64,000 nt of DNA from Spirochaetia bacterium (GTDB taxonomy: Bacteria; Spirochaetota; Spirochaetia; SP-2023), in assembly GCA_965225855.1 (NCBI GenBank), contig CBDDCK010000005.1, positions 736,001 through 800,000 on the forward strand, in the 5' to 3' direction. A program made the translations under genes and the position numbers. Under the pieces are notes generated by a model. It made no database searches and was not told where the DNA came from. It saw only the letters and a program-made list of their open reading frames with translations. This document shows positions 19,506 through 27,919 of this stretch, piece by piece. Within the stretch, counting starts at the first letter, position 1, and every line of letters starts with the position of its first letter.

Positions 19506-19916
19506 TTACAACAAAGCTGGTAGTAATTGGCATTGGATTTGCCGCTGAAATCTGGGGCCATCAAATTCACAAAAATAAATCCCTTGCCACGTGCCCAAAA
19601 CAAGGCGGCCTTGAGACACAGGCACCAACAAAGAAGACCCCGTCATAATAGCTTGGATATGCGAATCTGAATTCCCTTCTCCGTGGATAAAAGATGGACT
19701 TTTGGGGACCAACACTGTATAGTGTCGGAGAAAATCTTGCTGCACTGTAGGATCGGCATTTTCATTGACCGTCAAGGCAGCAGTTGTATGTTGGCAAAAC
19801 AGCAATAGAGCAGCTTCACGGTATTTTTGTAATAGGTCGCCAACTAAATCTTTTATATCTGCAGTAATATCTATCATTTGTTTACGGCGACTAGAATCTA
19901 CTTTTAACTCTCTCAT
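19506..19916 (-). CDS. yjbQ: YjbQ (UPF0047) family protein
   Basis: HTTAALTVNENADP, HGEGNSDSH, LGTWQGIYFCEFDGPR. Confidence 0.92.
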   Translation of the reverse strand: MRELKVDSSRRKQMIDITADIKDLVGDLLQKYREAALLLFCQHTTAALTVNENADPTVQQDFLRHYTVLVPKSPSFIHGEGNSDSHIQAIMTGSSLLVPVSQGRLVLGTWQGIYFCEFDGPRFQRQIQCQLLPALL

Positions 19917-19998
19917 AACTACTTTTAAACTCTCCTAAAGTAATTAAATACAAACAATACAGTCGCGTTAGACAGTGATTATAACCAATATGGGTAAA

Positions 19999-22134
19999 TC
20001 ATTCATGGTCTTCAGGTATCTTTTCGCCATTTTTTGAAAATTCGGTAAATAGGCTGAAAGGCGTTGCTTGCTTATATATGCTGGTTTTGACTAATGCATC
20101 TTGGCTACCGATAAAACAAACCCTTTGTTTGGCCCGAGTGATGGCTGTATACAATAGTGGTTTCGACCAAAAATTCCCTGATTCTGGCATAAGTATACAA
20201 ACGTTAGAGTATTCTGAACCTTGGCTTTTATGGATAGTTTGCACAAATGATACTTCGCAATGTTCGAGTTGCCCTATGGGCAATAGGCGATATCTACTTA
20301 GCAGCCCATCTTCGCCTCTTTTGGTGTTTTGGGCATTTTGAGAATTGGGCGATTCAAAAACACCATAGAGTTGAGACTCAAAACCCAATTGTAAACAAAA
20401 ACCGCGATCGCCATTATGCAACCCCAGTTGGTAATTATTGCGAGTTATTTGAATTGGGCAGCCATGAAAAAAACCAAAGTTTTCTGCTTTGCCAAATTGC
20501 CGTGCCCCATATTGCAACAGCATTTGGCTGATAGTTTGCGCTCCACCTGCCCCACGCAGCAATGGACTTAGTATGCTATAATTATGCAACCATTGAAAAT
20601 ACGGTTCAATCATATCCCCGGTCATATTCACAGCAGAGCCTGTATTTGCATGATGGAGGGCAATATAGGGGCACCAGTTTTTCCACAAATAACCAAGCAA
20701 TTCAGCATGTTGTTCCCAATTTCCAGATACAGTCGGTAGGCTCAAAGGTTGCCAAGAAATAATAGAGTTGTGTTTTTTATTCTCTGTTGGCAATAGCTGG
20801 GCAAAGTTTTGTTCTTGTAATTTTTGTCCTCGCAACACATTTTGAGAGAGCTGCTGTATTTCAGCCACAGAACGATGACTGGTTTTTAGCTCCACCAGAC
20901 AATCAGCTAAAATAGAATTTTTCCTAACAATGGCAGCAAGCAATTCTGTCCAAAACGCCCCACAACCAACGGGCGGTAATTGCTCTGGGTCTCCAATCAA
21001 AATCACACGAGTTTGGGGGTGCAAGTGAGAAAACAAGTTCCAAGCTATTTCGCAATCTAACATCGAAACTTCGTCTATCACCAGTAAATCCAAGCGGAGT
21101 AGTGCGATATTTTTGGGATTGCGATAATGTAAATGGGTTTGTATTGCCGGGCGGTGTAATTTTGCTGCCGACCAACCTAAACCCAGCAATTTATGTAAGG
21201 TAGAGGCCTTAAACCTTTCACTTTCTGCACCCAAGATATTAGCTAAATTTTGCAACATTCGTTGGGCCGCTCGAGCGGTGGGTGCACAAAGTGCCAATTC
21301 AAGTTTGCGCTGTGTGTTACTTTGTTCGGCTTGTTTGAATATCTGCAATAAGCTAGCCAGCAAAGTTGTTTTGCCACTACCTGGCCCTCCAGAAATTAAT
21401 AACAAATGGCTTTGGCATAATTTCTCTAAACAATTTTGCAATACTCTCTGCTTTTGTGGCAAACGGTGTTGCTTACCGTTTGCCAACGTTTCATTTTTCA
21501 TATGGGCCAATGTATCCAGCAAAAACTGGGGCTGCCCGAATAAATTTTCTTGAAATAATTTTGCAGGTTTGCTTTTGTTGCGAATGCAATGGAATAAATT
21601 TTGTTGGAGCTGTGCCATACGAACCAAGCAAAAACCCAGCTCTCCATGTTGTTCACTTTGCCAATAGCAAAAATACGCCCCCCCATACGCTTCAAAATAT
21701 GGGGTTTGGTTTTCTTCTTTTACAGCACAAAATTTGGGTAGTTGTTTTAAATATGCATTATCCATTTTACGCAAATTATGAAAGCAAAGACCATTATGTA
21801 AATAGCTGGTTAGCTCTTGAGCATCTCTTGGACTATTCATTTGGCTGACTACAGCAACAATAGTTATTTGCAATATTTCCAATAATTCGCTAAAACGGAA
21901 ACACAAACGACCACTGAAATCGTTATTAAGAAATTGTTCTTCACTATGTAATTGGCTAGTCCCTTGTGCCAACAATATCGCTAATGCCAATAATAAGGCT
22001 TCTTCATGCGCTGCAGCTTCTTTGCGATATTGCTGATAAATCAAAGTATATAAGGCTGGTAGCTGGGCTAATCTGGCTAAATATATTTTTTCCAAATCAA
22101 GAAAATTTTTAGAAAATAATTTTGTTTCTTCCAT
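19999..22134 (-). CDS. recD: RecD-like SF1B helicase (exonuclease V alpha subunit)
   Basis: GGPGSGKTT, APTARAA, TLHKLL, IDEVSM, GDPEQLPPV, TIHKSQGSEY, LYTAITRAK. Confidence 0.85.
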   Translation of the reverse strand: MEETKLFSKNFLDLEKIYLARLAQLPALYTLIYQQYRKEAAAHEEALLLALAILLAQGTSQLHSEEQFLNNDFSGRLCFRFSELLEILQITIVAVVSQMNSPRDAQELTSYLHNGLCFHNLRKMDNAYLKQLPKFCAVKEENQTPYFEAYGGAYFCYWQSEQHGELGFCLVRMAQLQQNLFHCIRNKSKPAKLFQENLFGQPQFLLDTLAHMKNETLANGKQHRLPQKQRVLQNCLEKLCQSHLLLISGGPGSGKTTLLASLLQIFKQAEQSNTQRKLELALCAPTARAAQRMLQNLANILGAESERFKASTLHKLLGLGWSAAKLHRPAIQTHLHYRNPKNIALLRLDLLVIDEVSMLDCEIAWNLFSHLHPQTRVILIGDPEQLPPVGCGAFWTELLAAIVRKNSILADCLVELKTSHRSVAEIQQLSQNVLRGQKLQEQNFAQLLPTENKKHNSIISWQPLSLPTVSGNWEQHAELLGYLWKNWCPYIALHHANTGSAVNMTGDMIEPYFQWLHNYSILSPLLRGAGGAQTISQMLLQYGARQFGKAENFGFFHGCPIQITRNNYQLGLHNGDRGFCLQLGFESQLYGVFESPNSQNAQNTKRGEDGLLSRYRLLPIGQLEHCEVSFVQTIHKSQGSEYSNVCILMPESGNFWSKPLLYTAITRAKQRVCFIGSQDALVKTSIYKQATPFSLFTEFSKNGEKIPEDHE

Positions 22135-22146
22135 TTACTAAGCCAT

Positions 22147-22728
22147 TTAAGTAAGCCATTCTATATTGTGGCTCAGCAGATTATTTTGCCTATCGAAAAC
22201 AAAATAGCCACAAATCCGCCCACCTTGCAACACATAAGGTAACCATAAGGCATCATCTTGCCACATTTGGTATAAAGGCAGGCGGTCGCGCTTACACCAA
22301 AATGGTGCAGCTTCTTTGCTAACTTGGGGCGTTCCAAGCCATTCATTGCAGAAATAAGCATAACCGCGCATGCGCTTACCATCGGGCGAATGGAAGTATA
22401 AATCAGCACCTAGATGGAAATTACGTGGCTCTATCGAAATTTCTTCCAAACATTCACGCACTACACATTGTTCTAAAGTTTCGCCGGGCTCTCGCTTGCC
22501 ACCGGGGCCACTGATCAAACCGTAAGCATAATCACTAAGCCGCTTGATCAGCAAGACTTCATCTGTTTCTGGGTTGGTAATATAACACAGCACCGCTTCC
22601 ACAGTGGGCTGCCACTGTTCCCAATTTATATCGTGGACACTGGGCAATTGCTTTAAGGCTTCTGTATAGTTGACAAGCTCTGAAATTTTCACCTCAAGAA
22701 ATATAACAATGAAAGTTTGACAAGGCAA
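22147..22728 (-). CDS. Nudix hydrolase, MutT/MTH1-like 8-oxo-dGTPase (start uncertain)
   Basis: Nudix box GGKREPGETLEQCVVRECLEE and MWQDDALWLP. Confidence 0.85.
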   Translation of the reverse strand: MPCQTFIVIFLEVKISELVNYTEALKQLPSVHDINWEQWQPTVEAVLCYITNPETDEVLLIKRLSDYAYGLISGPGGKREPGETLEQCVVRECLEEISIEPRNFHLGADLYFHSPDGKRMRGYAYFCNEWLGTPQVSKEAAPFWCKRDRLPLYQMWQDDALWLPYVLQGGRICGYFVFDRQNNLLSHNIEWLT

Positions 22729-22760
22729 TAACTACAAAAACATTATTGCAAACAAATGAA

Positions 22761-22804
22761 AATAAAGCCGATTACCATAACATCAAGCGGCGATCGGCTT
22801 TATT
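22761..22804 (-). terminator. Probable terminator downstream of tRNA-Leu
   Basis: AATAAAGCCGAT...ATCGGCTTTATT inverted repeat, followed by a U-rich tract on the minus strand. Confidence 0.6.
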
Positions 22805-22809
22805 GAAAA

Positions 22810-22893
22810 TACCGGCGGTGGGACTCGAACCCACACGGGATCACTCCCACAAGATTTTGAGTCTAGCGTGTCTACCAATTCCACCACGCCGGC
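22810..22893 (-). tRNA. tRNA-Leu (anticodon CAA), CCA not encoded
   Basis: Minus strand reads GCCGGCGTGGTGGAATTGGTAGACACGCTAGACT-CAA-AATCTTGTGGGAGTGATCCCGTGTGGGTTCGAGTCCCACCGCCGGTA: cloverleaf with long variable arm and GTTCGA T-loop. Confidence 0.95.
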
Positions 22894-23009
22894 CCATGAT
22901 CGATAAATATATTGAAATGGTTGATAGATGTCAATAGCAATTTGCATTATTGTTTCTATTTATCTGTTTACCTGAATATACTAATTGCGTTATAATCCTT
23001 GCTTTCAGT

Positions 23010-25118
23010 ATGGAATACCAAGTTACCGCCACGCGCCGCCGCCCACAAAATTTGCAACAACTTTCTGGGCAAGGTTTTGTCCAGCAAACGTTGCATAATG
23101 CTATTAGCAGTGGTCGTATAGCTCATGCTTATTTATTTTCCGGCCCGCGCGGTGTGGGTAAAACTTCTACAGCGCGGATTTTGGCGCGTTCTTTAAACTG
23201 TGAGCAAGGCCCTTCTAGTACGCCTTGTAATCAATGCTCGAATTGCCAAGATATTCTTGTTGGCAAAGCCATCGATGTGATTGAAATTGATGGGGCATCG
23301 CATACTGGGGTCGATGATATTCGCGAAATAAAAGATGAAGTGCTTTATGCGCCCAGTAGCTCCCGTTATAAAATATTTATTATTGACGAAGTGCATATGC
23401 TTTCCAACAGTGCTTTTAATGCACTTTTGAAAACTATAGAAGAACCTCCCGAGTATATTGTTTTTATTTTTGCGACCACGGAAATCCACAAAGTGCCATT
23501 GACGGTGCGCAGCCGTTGCCAGCATTATCATTTTCATTTGGTGCAGCTAGAGCTTATCCAACAAAACTTAGCTGCCGCTTGTGATGAAATTGGCTTAGAA
23601 TACCGAACAGAAGCATTGGTCTGGGTGGCTCGTGAAGCTAAAGGCTCTATGCGAGATGCCTATACTTTATTTGATCAAGTTGTATCATTTTGTGGTGGTA
23701 ATGCCCTAAGCTTAGAATTGATCGAAGAAAAGATGGGGCTGATTGCCATTGACCAGATCGGCTACCTTTGTGATGCTTTGATTGAAGCCCAGATGGAAAC
23801 TGCCATTAGCTTATACCAAAACATCATTCAAAGTGGCACCTCGTTAGAGCAATTGCTAATTGATTTATGTGAATATTTGCGCGCTTTGCTATTGCTGCAA
23901 AGTGGGCTCAGTGAGCAACAATTATTGTTGCTTTTGCCTTATCCCTCCAGCCATTACAGCGCAAAAGCCCAACAAGCTTGGAATAGCGAACAGCTCTGCC
24001 ATATTTTGGAGCGTTGCTTTCATTTATATCGCAACCTGCGTTATTCTATTAATGAGCATTTTGAATTTGAGCTATTGCTGTTTGAGCTGGTCCACCTGCG
24101 CTATTATAGTAGTAATGCTTATCAGCTAAAGCGTTTAGAAGAATTAACTGGTCAACTACAAAAGGGCTTGCCCGATTATGATGTAGTCGCCGACAAAAAA
24201 AACTCTAAGTGCTTAGAGCTTGAATCCAAATTACCAAAAGTAAATATAGCCCAGCCAGTCAATAGCCATCATCAAAATAATGCCCAGAGTAATCTTCAAG
24301 AAAATCTTCAAGCTGTTTTATCCGAGGGGGTAACTTCTGCTGCGTCTTCAGTATCTACAACACATGTAGATGAGTTACAAGATATTGCTGGAAAAGAATC
24401 ATTAAAAAATGCACTAGAGCTAGAAACGAAGTCCAATATCAGCATAGAATTGCGGGCAATGGTGCTCAAACGATTACAGCACAGCAATCCAACGCTAGCC
24501 CAAAGCCTTGCTCAAGCTTGTTGGACATGGTTAGCAAAAGACCATTGCCTCAATATCCTATTGCCTGATGTTGCAGTACAGCAAAAGTTAAAACAAAATA
24601 ACAGCTTATTCCTCCGTGTTTTTCAACAAGCTTTAGCGAATAGCAAAATTTCATCGATCACCAAACTAAGTTTTCTCCATCAAGATGATTCTCAAGCTAA
24701 TTACCCAGTTGTTCCTACTGTAGCCAGAGTCGATGAAGTATCTGTGCTTCAATCTAGGGCCATAGAGCTAGCACCCCCACAAGTTAATAAAATATTGGCC
24801 CAAGCACCGGCAGAACCCCAAATGATTGAGCCGACTGCTTCATATATTTTACCCGATATGTCGCAAGTAATCTCCCACAAAGTTCCACAATCTTCGGCCA
24901 AATTTTCAGATGTAGTAACAGATGAAGGAAAAACGGTTGAAAAAGAAACGAAAGATAGTTTGTTGGAACAAGCTTCCAAGCGCATTGTTGGCGAGCAAAT
25001 AATTAATGATTATTCCCAATTGCCTAAAGAATTACAGATATTGCAAAAAGTCTTATTGGCCCAAGTGAAAAAAATACAAATAGAACCAAAATATGAAAAT
25101 AAAAATCAAAGTGATTGA
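23010..25118 (+). CDS. dnaX: DNA polymerase III subunit gamma/tau
   Basis: HAYLFSGPRGVGKT, zinc-binding cysteines, EIDGAS, IIDEVHML, SRCQ. Start ATG 23010. Confidence 0.95.
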   Translation: MEYQVTATRRRPQNLQQLSGQGFVQQTLHNAISSGRIAHAYLFSGPRGVGKTSTARILARSLNCEQGPSSTPCNQCSNCQDILVGKAIDVIEIDGASHTGVDDIREIKDEVLYAPSSSRYKIFIIDEVHMLSNSAFNALLKTIEEPPEYIVFIFATTEIHKVPLTVRSRCQHYHFHLVQLELIQQNLAAACDEIGLEYRTEALVWVAREAKGSMRDAYTLFDQVVSFCGGNALSLELIEEKMGLIAIDQIGYLCDALIEAQMETAISLYQNIIQSGTSLEQLLIDLCEYLRALLLLQSGLSEQQLLLLLPYPSSHYSAKAQQAWNSEQLCHILERCFHLYRNLRYSINEHFEFELLLFELVHLRYYSSNAYQLKRLEELTGQLQKGLPDYDVVADKKNSKCLELESKLPKVNIAQPVNSHHQNNAQSNLQENLQAVLSEGVTSAASSVSTTHVDELQDIAGKESLKNALELETKSNISIELRAMVLKRLQHSNPTLAQSLAQACWTWLAKDHCLNILLPDVAVQQKLKQNNSLFLRVFQQALANSKISSITKLSFLHQDDSQANYPVVPTVARVDEVSVLQSRAIELAPPQVNKILAQAPAEPQMIEPTASYILPDMSQVISHKVPQSSAKFSDVVTDEGKTVEKETKDSLLEQASKRIVGEQIINDYSQLPKELQILQKVLLAQVKKIQIEPKYENKNQSD
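24195..24218 (+). other. Putative programmed -1 frameshift/slippage site in dnaX
   Basis: In-frame GAC AAA AAA AAC (A8 run; A_AAA_AAC heptamer). The -1 frame reads AAA CTC TAA. A CTCTAAG/CTTAGAG hairpin follows. Confidence 0.6.
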
Positions 25119-25252
25119 GAAGGTTGCCCAAAAATATTTGGTAAAATAAGGAATAGGAAATAATAACTCTAGTCTATGGTTACCTTTTCCGAATATTTAA
25201 CAATATGAAATTATTGTGCTGGAAAAGCCCAACAGATGAATAGGAGAATTTT

Positions 25253-25546
25253 ATGAATCCCTTAGAATTGCTGCAACAAGCAAATTTAAAAAGTAATATG
25301 AATGAATTACAAAACCAATTACAAGGCTTAACAGCGACCGGTTCTGCCGGTGGCGAGCTGGTACAAGTTGTCTTTAATGGTGCCATGGAGGTCAAAAGCG
25401 TGAAGATTGACCCCATAGTGGTAGACCCACGTGATGTGGGAATGTTAGAGCAATTGGTGGCATCAGCCATTGTCGATGCACAAAATAAAATCAAGCAAAA
25501 AATCCAGTTTCAATTTAACCCCATGATGGGCATGTTTAATTCATAA
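25253..25546 (+). CDS. ybaB: YbaB/EbfC nucleoid-associated protein
   Basis: GSAGGELVQV..NG, VKIDP, D..MLEQLV; lies between dnaX and recR. Confidence 0.92.
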   Translation: MNPLELLQQANLKSNMNELQNQLQGLTATGSAGGELVQVVFNGAMEVKSVKIDPIVVDPRDVGMLEQLVASAIVDAQNKIKQKIQFQFNPMMGMFNS

Positions 25547-25549
25547 TAT

Positions 25550-26146
25550 ATGAACCCTTTAGACCCGTTGATCCGCCAATTTTCTAGTTTGCCGGGGATT
25601 GGCCGTAAAAGTGCTGCACGCATTGTTTTTTATATACTCAATGCTCCAGAGCAGCAAGCGCAGCAATTGGGCCAAAGCTTAGTAGAGTTGCACCAACAAA
25701 TTCAGCATTGCCCCGATTGTGGCAATTATATGGCAGTGGGTTCAACAAGTGTTTGCCATATTTGCACCAACCTCCACAGAAATCCTGAAAAACTTTGTAT
25801 TGTGGAACATATCCAAGATTTGTACACCATTGAAGGGTCGCAAACTTTTGACGGTTACTACCAAGTTTTGCATGGGGTACTTTCGCCAATTGATGGGGTT
25901 GGGCCAGAACAACTGGGTATTCCCCAATTGTTGAAACGGGTGGAACAACAGGGCTTTCGTGAGATTATTTTGGCGACAAACCCAACTTTAGAAGGTGATG
26001 CCACAGCTATTTATATTAAGCAGCAGCTTGCCGATAAAATAATTACGCTTAGCCGTATCGCCTCTGGTTTGCCGGTGGGCGGTGATTTAGAATACGCCGA
26101 TCGTTTAAGTGTTGCCCGAGCTTTGGAAAGCCGTTATCCAATTTAA
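25550..26146 (+). CDS. recR: Recombination mediator RecR
   Basis: LPGIGRKSAAR HhH motif, C4 zinc finger, LATNPTLEGDAT Toprim, GLPVGGDLEY. Confidence 0.96.
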   Translation: MNPLDPLIRQFSSLPGIGRKSAARIVFYILNAPEQQAQQLGQSLVELHQQIQHCPDCGNYMAVGSTSVCHICTNLHRNPEKLCIVEHIQDLYTIEGSQTFDGYYQVLHGVLSPIDGVGPEQLGIPQLLKRVEQQGFREIILATNPTLEGDATAIYIKQQLADKIITLSRIASGLPVGGDLEYADRLSVARALESRYPI

Positions 26147-26307
26147 CTCTTGGCAATTTTAGGCATATTTTGGCACTGCAGTAAATTATATTATAAGCAA
26201 GGACAGAATAAGCACAAAAAATGGGAACCGATAATGAGTTCCCATTTAAACCAATCCAAACCAATTTTGGTCAAGCTATTCCAACGAACGCCAATCTAAA
26301 CCCAATT

Positions 26308-27051
26308 TTAAACCACTGGATTATTTTGCAAATAAACATCTAGTTCTTTGTTACTGCCAATCAATTGACCGCCGATAAAAACCTGTGGGGTTGTTGTCTT
26401 TTGAGTAATGGCGCGCAAACTGACAATAGAGGCATCGCTACCCAACACAATTTCTTCATACTGTAAATTGCGTTCTGTTAAGGCATTTTTAATTTTGGCA
26501 CAATACGGACAACCCGGGCGGGTAAAAACAGTAATAGACTGCTGTGCCTGGTGATCGGGTGCAATATATTTTAGCATGGTATCGGCATCGGAAACTTTAA
26601 AAGGGTCGCCCGGTTCTTCAGGCTCAATGAACATTTTTGCCACTTCGCCATTTTTAACCAACATGCTATACCGCCAGGAACGCATGCCAAAACCCAAGGC
26701 AGAAAAGTCTTTTAATAAACCCATTCCTTTGGAAAATTCACCATTGCCATCGGGAACCATTTCAATATTTTCTGCTTCCAAGTCTCTCTTCCAAGCGTTC
26801 ATTACAAATGTATCATTTACCGATACGCAGAGAATGGAATCAATACCATATTTTTGGAAAGTTGGGAACATCTCATTATAGCGTGGCAAATGGCTTGATG
26901 AACAAGTTGGGGTAAAAGCCCCTGGCAAACTAAAAACAATAACAGTTTTCCCTTTAAATAAATCATCTGTACTGACATCGTGCCAGCTATCTTCGCGGCG
27001 AACCTTAAATGTAACTTGCGGTACGCTTTGCCCTGTTTTGTCTTGGGACAT
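26308..27051 (-). CDS. Hybrid peroxiredoxin (Prx5)-glutaredoxin, glutathione-dependent peroxidase
   Basis: LPGAFTPTCS peroxidatic motif, RSWRYSM, and a C-terminal Grx domain with CPYC and TTPQVFIGG. Confidence 0.92.
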   Translation of the reverse strand: MSQDKTGQSVPQVTFKVRREDSWHDVSTDDLFKGKTVIVFSLPGAFTPTCSSSHLPRYNEMFPTFQKYGIDSILCVSVNDTFVMNAWKRDLEAENIEMVPDGNGEFSKGMGLLKDFSALGFGMRSWRYSMLVKNGEVAKMFIEPEEPGDPFKVSDADTMLKYIAPDHQAQQSITVFTRPGCPYCAKIKNALTERNLQYEEIVLGSDASIVSLRAITQKTTTPQVFIGGQLIGSNKELDVYLQNNPVV

Positions 27052-27104
27052 AGAAACTCCTAGTAAAAATTATATGAAATTTTGTGAAAAGATCACAAGC
27101 TGCA

Positions 27105-27170
27105 ATGATACTTTAAATCAAGTTAAAGTCAATAATCGTATATTGACAAAGGGAATTTTTTATTTATAGC
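27105..27170. promoter_or_regulatory. Back-to-back sigma70-like promoters
   Basis: Minus strand TTGACT-N16-TATCAT (27132-27105) toward the Prx-Grx gene; plus strand TTGACA-N16-TATAGC (27143-27170). Confidence 0.5.
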
Positions 27171-27308
27171 CTTGCAGCTATTATTTCTAGCTGAAGGAAT
27201 TTTTCAAAGGATTTTCTCACATACATTACGTAATATTACTATCAGCAGGTGAGCGAAAAATTTCGCATTTGTTTGAGCTTCAGCCTCATTTATTTATCAT
27301 CAAATCCG

Positions 27309-27337
27309 TTGACATCAATATATTCAATGGATAGTCT
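27309..27337 (+). promoter_or_regulatory. sigma70-like promoter upstream of the HU-like/res genes
   Basis: TTGACA-N17-TAGTCT. Confidence 0.45.
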
Positions 27338-27472
27338 GATTTATTAGGTTTGATATGGTTTAAGCTAGGCTACTATAATAAGTGTTTAGAATATTTTCTA
27401 ATCATAAAAAATATTACTTAAATATTTAGCTAGATATACACATAAAAGTTAATTTTATGCTACACTAGGTTT

Positions 27473-27853
27473 ATGTCCATAGAATATAAAGTTGTTGAAC
27501 GCGCAAACCCGCAAGATAGGCAAAGTAAAAAGTATTATGCTTCGGCCAATGTTACTGGGGAGACCAGTACCAAAGATTTGTGTAAAGATATAGAACAAAT
27601 GAGCACGGTAAACGGAGCCGATGTGCAGGCGGTGCTGTATGCTTTATCCGAGGTGATTCCCCGCCATTTGGCCGATGGCAAAAGCGTACGCTTGGGCGAC
27701 TTGGGTAGTTTTCGTATTACCATACGCAGTAAGGGCGAAGAGGCTGAAAAAGATGTCGATGTCCACAGCATTACCGATGCTCGTATTACCTTTAACCCAA
27801 ACCGTGAGTTTTCTGCTATTACAAAAAATTTGCACTACAAGAAAATCAAATAG
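27473..27853 (+). CDS. HU-family (Bacteroidetes-type histone-like) DNA-binding protein
   Basis: MSIEYKVVERANP...KYYA...STVNGADVQAVL...LADGKSVRLGDLGSF...ITFNP. Confidence 0.85.
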   Translation: MSIEYKVVERANPQDRQSKKYYASANVTGETSTKDLCKDIEQMSTVNGADVQAVLYALSEVIPRHLADGKSVRLGDLGSFRITIRSKGEEAEKDVDVHSITDARITFNPNREFSAITKNLHYKKIK

Positions 27854-27919
27854 GTATACAGTAAGTGGTTAGCAATGGGTTTTACGCTAGAGAACCGTTG
27901 CTAAAGGCTTAGCCTGCTT

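Noticed and set aside
19999..22134. Lone recD as a novel defence helicase
   Set aside because: Ordinary RecD motifs in a housekeeping context; recB and recC may lie outside the window.
22810..22893. tRNA-Leu as the island integration site
   Set aside because: It is flanked by housekeeping genes about 4.5 kb from the island, and I saw no duplicated tRNA 3' end.
22746..22937. 63-aa ORF
   Set aside because: Antisense shadow of tRNA-Leu and its terminator.
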